Shown here piece after piece: positions 57,054 to 64,000 of a stretch of 64,000 bases of DNA. The DNA comes from Tubiluchus corallicola (taxonomy: Eukaryota; Animalia; Priapulida): assembly GCA_030141605.1 (NCBI GenBank), contig JAQGDQ010000003.1, positions 2,542,001 to 2,606,000 on the forward strand, read 5' to 3'. The stretch's first letter is position 1, and the number at the start of each line of letters is the position of its first letter. The position numbers and the translations under genes were made by a program. The notes beneath the pieces were generated by a model. It ran no database searches and was not told the DNA's origin. It saw only the letters and a list, made by a program, of their open reading frames with translations.

Positions 57054-59780
57054 TCACTGTTCTGGCTCTAAGACTTGTTGCTCTTGTGCTAAACGCTGTT
57101 GCTCCTCCATCTGCTTTTTCTGCTGTAGTAAATGTTTCCTTAATATATATCCTTTGTAATTTGCTTGAATTCTTGTTGCGGCTTCATTTAATGATACCTC
57201 ATCTGTCCCAAGTGGCTAAAATTGAATGAACTTCATTATAAGGCTAATCTGAATATTGAATAATAATTTAAATATTACATTATATGTGCATGATTATTAA
57301 TTCATGAGTTTGACAAGATTCATCTTCATGATTTCTACCTCGTTATGAATTTTTTCCTGATCTTACTTTGGCTGTGTATATTTAAACCCACATTTAAAAG
57401 ATGAACAAGTGAAGCTTTCAGAGAATTTAATTGGATTTATTCAGCACACTGTAAAGTTACCTCTTTTTTATAGTGGATAGGAGGAGGAGGTGGATGTTGA
57501 TGGTGTGTCAGTAGTTCATCAAGCAGTTTTTGAGAATCTGGATCGTGTTCTGCGTGCTCCATTAACTGCTGTATCAATCTGCGTTCCTCCTCTTCTAGTT
57601 CTTCTTCTGTTACACCTTCCATATGTTCAGGAAGAGGAGCAGACTTCTCTAATTCCTCCACTTCTCGATCTCCTTCTGATGATATGGATATTTCTGAATG
57701 TTCTTCTTTCTCAAATGCAGTACGTTGTTGCTCAGCTTCTTCATGTGGCATTGCTTGTTCTGACATAGGTGCTTCTGGAGGGTTTCCTTCACTGCTTTGT
57801 TGTGGGATTTCTTCTTGAGGCACTTCTTTGGCAGGTGTGGGTTCTTCAAGGACAGGCGATGGAAAATCGCCCGTATATTCATCAACAGGAATTTCCTCAG
57901 GAAGAGTAGTTCCTTCCTCTACAATAATTTCTGGTTCTGGTTCAACCAATATTTCTGCTTCTTCTCCTTGTATTAACTGTCCTCCACTTTGCATTTCACT
58001 CAAAATAGGCTCTGCCTCTGTAGGCTGTTCTTCATTTTTCATTTCTGCAATTTGAGGTTCAGTTATCTCTGCAACCTCTTGTCCCTGTTCTTGCGTATCT
58101 GTAGTAAGCTGTTCGGCTTCTGCCGGCTGCACAGGTTGTGGTTCTGGCAATGATTCTACAGGAGAAATGGTTTCTTCAGGCACTGAATCAGTAACCTGAG
58201 CATGCTCTTCTACTGGCATTGTTTCCAGTGGAGGTGGAACCAGAGGTGCCTGTGCTATTTCTTGCATCTCTGTTTGAATAATTTCAGGTTCCTTTTGTTC
58301 CTCAGCAGGTATTTCTTTATCAACAGTTTCTGTTTCTAATTGTAAGGGAGCCCCTTGCTCGGGAGAAGGAATGGTTTCATGTGAAGGTTGAGATACTTCC
58401 GTAGCAGTTTCTAGAACAGGCTCTGCCTGAGGTAGTGTTTGCTCCTCTGTAGCAGGTGCAAGTTTTTCTTCCACATCATGAGATTCTGAAGGCAAGTTTG
58501 TTATTGGTATTTCCGGTTGTTCAGCTGCTTCAACAGTGGTTGATTCCATTGCTTGCTCCATTTGCTGGGGGTCTTCTTTGTGAAATTCTGTTTTTATTTC
58601 CTCCCTCGTTTCACTAATTACAGTTTTATCACCCTCTTCAGTAGCACCCTTCATTTGTATAGATTCCTGGATTTGTTCTTCTGAAATGTCTTCTTGCTCA
58701 TCTGGTTGTGTGAAGTCAATCAGTGGAACTTCTTCAATGTTTTCATCACTTTGCAGGGGTTCCTTTATGTTAGTTGACAAAGGCACAGCAGTTTCTTCAA
58801 GTGGTGGAGGTGGTTCAGGAGCTTCTTGCTGTATTGTGGGTGATACTTCTGTAGGTGAAGCAACTGTTGGCACCATTTGGTCTTCAGCTACATCTTGCTT
58901 GGTGATCATCTATAAAATATCTGATTAATAGCACAAAAGCAAAAAATGTTTTTGGCATTTTGATGATTAATACTTTGTTTAACCTTATAATTACTTCTGT
59001 TATTCCATATGTGTAGCATTGATAACGTCGCCAATTGTCACTCAACCGTTCTGTCATTTCACAAGTTTTACTAAATGAAAGCATACCATATGGTAAGGTA
59101 GGTACTTTGTTAAGAAATTATTTACATGTTAAACCAATGTAAAAGACCAATGATTAATGGACTAATGGAATGAGAAACTATTTGGTTAAGGAAGTATTAG
59201 TGTATAAAGGCAGTAGGGATCGAAGTAGAGAATACTTAACTACGCTTTACATATTGTTTGGTGTCCTAACGACTGTGGGTAGAGCATCTACAAATCAAAA
59301 GTACTTATCACTAAGAAGTCCCAATACATCGACCTTGTATTGAAATGTACATTAATCATATTAAAAATGCCAATGATAGCTGCAATTGCAGTAAATTCAG
59401 TAAGTACACACTGAATGCATTATAGCTACTGCTGGTGTATTGGGAAAATTTCTAAGCAGTTTATAGAACTGTCAATTGTATTGTCACTACTGCGAGAGAA
59501 AAAATGCATGATGTAATGCATTAGATGTAAAAATGACTTAGATCATTATGCTGCAGGGACTGCTACATGTATATATTACCTGCTCCTCTACTTGTGCCTC
59601 AAGTTCTGCCTTCTTTTGTTGTACTGCTTCTTCAGTCTCCTCTTCTGGCGGCGCTGGTGGTGCATAATCAGGAACAGATTCGGAATCCTGTTTCTCAAGT
59701 GGCGTCTTCTCAACATTAGTTTCAGGTTCCAGTTCATTTTCCTCTGGCACATCTTCATCGATGTATGGTATTTCCTTGCG
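57054..59780 (-). CDS. Glu/Pro/Gln-rich disordered protein with C-terminal IQ calmodulin-binding motif (3' exons; N-terminus unresolved)
   Basis: Phase-0 exons 59780-59580 (RKEIPYIDED...QVEEQ), 58909-57461 (483 codons, acidic) and 57215-57054 (PLGTDEVSLNEAATRIQANYKGYILRKHLLQQKK...EPEQ*), all with AG/GT boundaries. Confidence 0.85.
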
Positions 59781-61523
59781 CTAAAAAGTAACACACTGCT
59801 GCAGTTAATTAATGTGTCACGGCCTCATGGATGTATTTGAAGAACCTCAAAATAACCTTAAACAGGAACAGTTTATCTTCCTGGCAAAGATGATCGAGAA
59901 ACTGTTTTTCTGGGACGTTGTTAAAATATTTTGAATGATTTTGAATCATTAACTTTTTGTGAATATACCCAAGACACTGCTGTATCTATTCATACTGGCA
60001 TATGAATCTGTAGCTATTTTTTGTAAACAGTAAATCGGTAAAAGTGATTCCACCTTTATTAATCTTAATATGTAAGAACATAGTATATAAAACGTTTTCA
60101 CTTTCAAGCAGCATTGTTGTCTTATCCTTTTAGAAAGGAAAACATCAGTATAAATACTTTAAATGACGTTTGTAGACTATGAAGCTATAGGGCATACGAG
60201 AAATTTCTGCATTGTGGGAACAAAGAACTGGTCAACGGGGATAACATGCTAAAAGTGATGGTTACAAAGGGTAACTGAGCTGTGTACATGTGGAGAATTG
60301 AAATGTCGTTCTTTAATGGCATAAATGCACTTTAAATTGTTTTGAGATTTACAAAATTTCAAAGCCTGTAACAGTCAAAAATTATAATTCGATAGAGATA
60401 GTTCTATTTACATTCCAACACATTCGTAAATTTCATCGCTTTGTTTTCCTGCAGCAAATATTTCTGTATTTCTGGTAATACTTATGGCATAACAAATAAA
60501 GAACAACACTTAGTAAAGTGCAATGTTTTGACTTTACTAAGAATCGGAGCTCTCAGCTAGTGGTCCTAATGTTTGACAGAAGTGAACAGATGGTGTAGCA
60601 TCGTACACCCTAAATCAAGTTGCTGATGCTTATGGCACACTAACTGGCGACAATAAATGTCACTTTCACGCCCGTGTCTGTTCAACTAACGTATGATTGC
60701 TTACTAAAAGGTTGTTTAAAATCAGTGTTTTCGCTTATCTTATAATAGTAAGTAGAATAAGTGCATTCTCGCCTTCGAATTATAGCTATATGCCGTTTTA
60801 AAGGCGAAGCTTTTATTATGGTTGAACGACAGCTAGCCAAATTCGTGTCGTTCACGCAAAATCAAAATTTCATACGATTAGCTGTTAACGTTTGTTTTGC
60901 TTCTTGTTCCCGCTCAATGCTTCGACTACACTGTAAAAAAGCTCCACAGGAAAATTGCAATGTACTTTTTAGGACAAAAACCAGTCTAAGGAGGGTGTTG
61001 TTTGTGTAACACAAAAGACAATGAAGCCATGCACACTGATTAGCACTACACTACCTTTGCAAGTGGTTACTACATTGTTTGGATTTAAATTAGACTATAA
61101 CAGGACGTCTAAAGTTAAAGAATTTAGCCTGGGTAGTAATTAATGAAATACATTTTTCTAGTAGAAATGCAGTGACAGCACTAAAATGCTGTTGTGCCCA
61201 CTTTACGCAGGTCACAGTCACACGCTACGCCAATCACAAGCATCAGTAAGAGCATCGTGCGCAATGGGAATCTTTAATCCTGTGTTTAATAAAAAACACT
61301 ATTATGTGTACCTTTTTAATGTTGTTTTAGCAAGCCCAGCACTGTATAAAGGCTAAACTGACACGTTATACGCATTATCAGGTTATCAAGCATACAACGT
61401 AAGCCCAGTAGTTCGTAAGCTTTAGTTGCTAGCTAAAATTAATAGAGACGTGTTATGAACAGGGTGCACGTCTAGATGATTGAAATCCCCATCCCTGGAG
61501 GAAATACCTACATCTGCACCTAC

Positions 61524-62322
61524 CGGATTCAAGTTATCGCTGACTTCAACACCCGCTTGCAGTTGCTGGAAAAATAAACGAACAAATTCTTGTAAAACAG
61601 AAAAAAGACAGACTCTTAAATTAAATTAAACTCTTGTTATTATTGGTTTGCTGTACAGCTTTTCATTTCAAAATGTTGGTAATGGTTATAAGAAAAGGAA
61701 AAAGAAAAACATTTTAATATGGAACGAATTTTGAAGTAGAAACAATTGGTTAATGGAAGAAATAAATGAAAAAAAGCAAATAAAAACTCGTGTGTTCACT
61801 TTGCTTTTGTTTATTGTTTGCTTTTTGTTTATTGTTTGCTTGTTTGTTTATGTGTTTGTTTATTTGTTTTGTTTAAATGAAACAAGGTCGAATTAATCTA
61901 CAACCTTTGCTCCCTTGAGAAAAAAGAACGAAATGAGCTCAACTTAGTGACTTATATAAATCAAAAATCATCGGGAATAAATGTGAAAAAAGAAAAACGG
62001 TCTTAGTGGTAATGGTTGCGGCGGTAGTGGCGATGATGACAATCTCTTATAGTTAGAAAGCATTTTGGTAAACAGAAAAGAAAGCAGACAAATGTTACAG
62101 CTTCTCTTTTACGGCGGGGGGTCGTGGCTAAGATCCACGTTTTTTCAGGTGAGATGGATATTCTTAAGGGATATATGAACCAGGCCAAGTCGATCACGCC
62201 ATAAACACCAATTTGAGTACGCCTTGTCATTGAATGCTGGTTTCCAGTTTGCAGTGTGGGGAAATGTGAGAAAAGGAGCACTTACGTTACTATCTCTAAA
62301 AGAGTGTGCCACAAGTGGCTTG
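61524..62322 (-). CDS. Tentative upstream micro-exons of the IQ-motif gene (62322-62286 KPLVAHSFRDSN; 61565-61524 QLQAGVEVSDNLNP)
   Basis: Acceptors (TTGTCAG, TTTTTCCAG) and donors (GTAAGT, GTAGGT) are good, and the phases fit the 59780 exon; there is no homology support. Confidence 0.4.
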
Positions 62323-63190
62323 CTGACAATAAAACCTTAAATTTTTACTCCGTGTAACGCGGAGGTTTATCATTTTGTGAATTTTGTGACTCGTTGCTCT
62401 GAATTCTTAGTCACGCATGAAATATGGGTAATTGTTGTGAACTAGGCTGAGTCTGCCTTGCAACAGACACGCAGTCATACACTCAGTCAGATCTAATTTC
62501 ACTTTATAGGTATGCTGTATCAGAGGAGGTTTACTGTAAGCGCATTCCTCACATTCCGTGGTATTTCCCTTCCAGAAAGGAAACAAGCGAAATGTCTTTT
62601 TTGCGATAGTGTGAAAAAATGAGGCTGCTACTAACTTGCTCAAGAGAAATATAACTGAAAGTATAATATAACAGCTTTTAGTATACTATTTTTTCATAAT
62701 CATATGGAATTCATCATTAAATGTAATTGTAACGTGTACAAAAACGAATCACATGATTATTATCCACTAGTGTTAGTGATGTAGTGAGGCATTACGTAAA
62801 TTACAGTACAGTGTATTCATTTCCGTTTAGAGTGTAAAACCGCGTGGGCCTATACCCAAACATTTGCCGAAATAGCTGTTTATGATCGAAGCCAGTGCAC
62901 ACAGTGGTCTACTTGAGCGTCTATATGATGCCCTTAGTTTTTAATCATTTTATAATTTCCTAAGTTTATGCTATCATTGTCGAAAACAAGAATAAAATCT
63001 GGTATTATGTGGAGAACGGGGAATTTTCTTAGGTTCCTAGATCTCGGTTATTTCGTGTTTACTTCAGAAAAGGTGGGAGCGTCGATGTAGCAAGCTGAAT
63101 GTTTTATCTAAAATGCTGTTCTCGATAAAGGTTTATTATTAATATTTGTTGTTCACTTCTGTGTTCCTGTATATATTGTAAATAAAACTA

Positions 63191-63291
63191 ATAAACAATG
63201 AATTAAAACATCACGATGTACCTATTCACATTCAATAACATAAACAATGAACTAAAACATCAGGATGTACTTTTTCACATTCAATAACATA
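63191..63291. repeat. 49-bp tandem duplication (2 copies)
   Basis: ATAAACAATGAA(T/C)TAAAACATCA(C/G)GATGTAC...TTCACATTCAATAAC occurs twice in tandem. Confidence 0.9.
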
Positions 63292-64000
63292 GCACACCTA
63301 ACGGCATAACATACAATCTGTAAAATAAAATAAGATGTTAGTAAACGTCACGTCAAGTTTACAGTTTCAAAGTATCATTCTGGGATACCTAATCTAGACA
63401 CATTTAGTGTCTTTATTCTACAGGGAAAGCCGTATATACGAGGCTCCTATGCGTGGGGGGAACTTTACTTCCCTTTAACTACAGTCAGTTAAGAGATTGC
63501 TTTGCCTTAACGTGGGGAAAAACCTGCTACGCTAAGACATGTTTCTATTTACATACTAGAACTACAGGAGCAAAATAGAACTACAGAAGTAATTATATAC
63601 ATACGTTCTTAGGTACTTCCTACACTTATGTTATACAAGGCAAATATTAATTTGCTTAACTAGGAAATGAGCTTCCGACAATTATTGCAATACATTCGTT
63701 ATGGCTGTGTAAACGATGGCGTGGAAAATCCCGTGGTTTCTGTTACGAAATTTTGATGAATGAAAGGAATAGGCATACATTAACAGGTGTTGATGCGAAC
63801 GTCTCTTCAGTTTATTTCATTGATGACACCTAGTGCATTGCAGTACGAAATGTAAAAAAAAGTAAATTAATCTGCGGACTACATTATAAAGCATTGATTA
63901 ATCGTTGTCTTGCACAATTATTTAAGACCTTTACAACAGTCAACATGTACTAAAGAAACAAATACGTAAAAATAAACAAACAGATCAATAAAAAAGTGTG

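Noticed and set aside
57338-57371. 33-nt AG/GT-bounded segment in the last intron of the IQ gene
   Set aside because: It contains an in-frame TAA in the required phase and has a weak acceptor.
57490-58928. Plus-strand ORFs overlapping the acidic exon
   Set aside because: They are antisense shadows of a compositionally biased coding exon.
62407-62655. ORF as a further upstream exon of the IQ gene
   Set aside because: The stronger donor (GTATGA) gives the wrong phase and only a weak GTGTAT donor fits; there is no recognisable domain.

Overview
AT-rich animal (invertebrate-like) genomic DNA with spliceosomal introns; no prokaryotic features. Four protein-coding genes can be rebuilt by hand. 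(1) The 5' part of a divergent heterotrimeric G-protein alpha subunit (- strand, exons 6102-6210, 2506-2690, 1397-1558, running off the left edge), with a non-canonical P-loop and a helical-domain insertion. (2) A complete 17-exon mitochondrial Hsp70 (HSPA9/mortalin, - strand, 37562-48371), with a GC-AG intron and an apparent pair of mutually exclusive micro-exons in the presequence. (3) A complete 5-exon TRMT10A-like tRNA m1G9 methyltransferase (+ strand, 52033-55313), head-to-head with HSPA9. (4) The 3' part of a very acidic Glu/Pro-rich protein with a C-terminal IQ motif (- strand, 57054 to at least 59780). The ~31 kb between the G-alpha and HSPA9 genes has no recognisable host CDS. It holds a decayed IS3EU-type DNA transposon, LINE and SINE remnants, MITE-like elements, microsatellites and several RFX X-box-like motifs. 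All calls come from manual reading and translation; no database searches were run.
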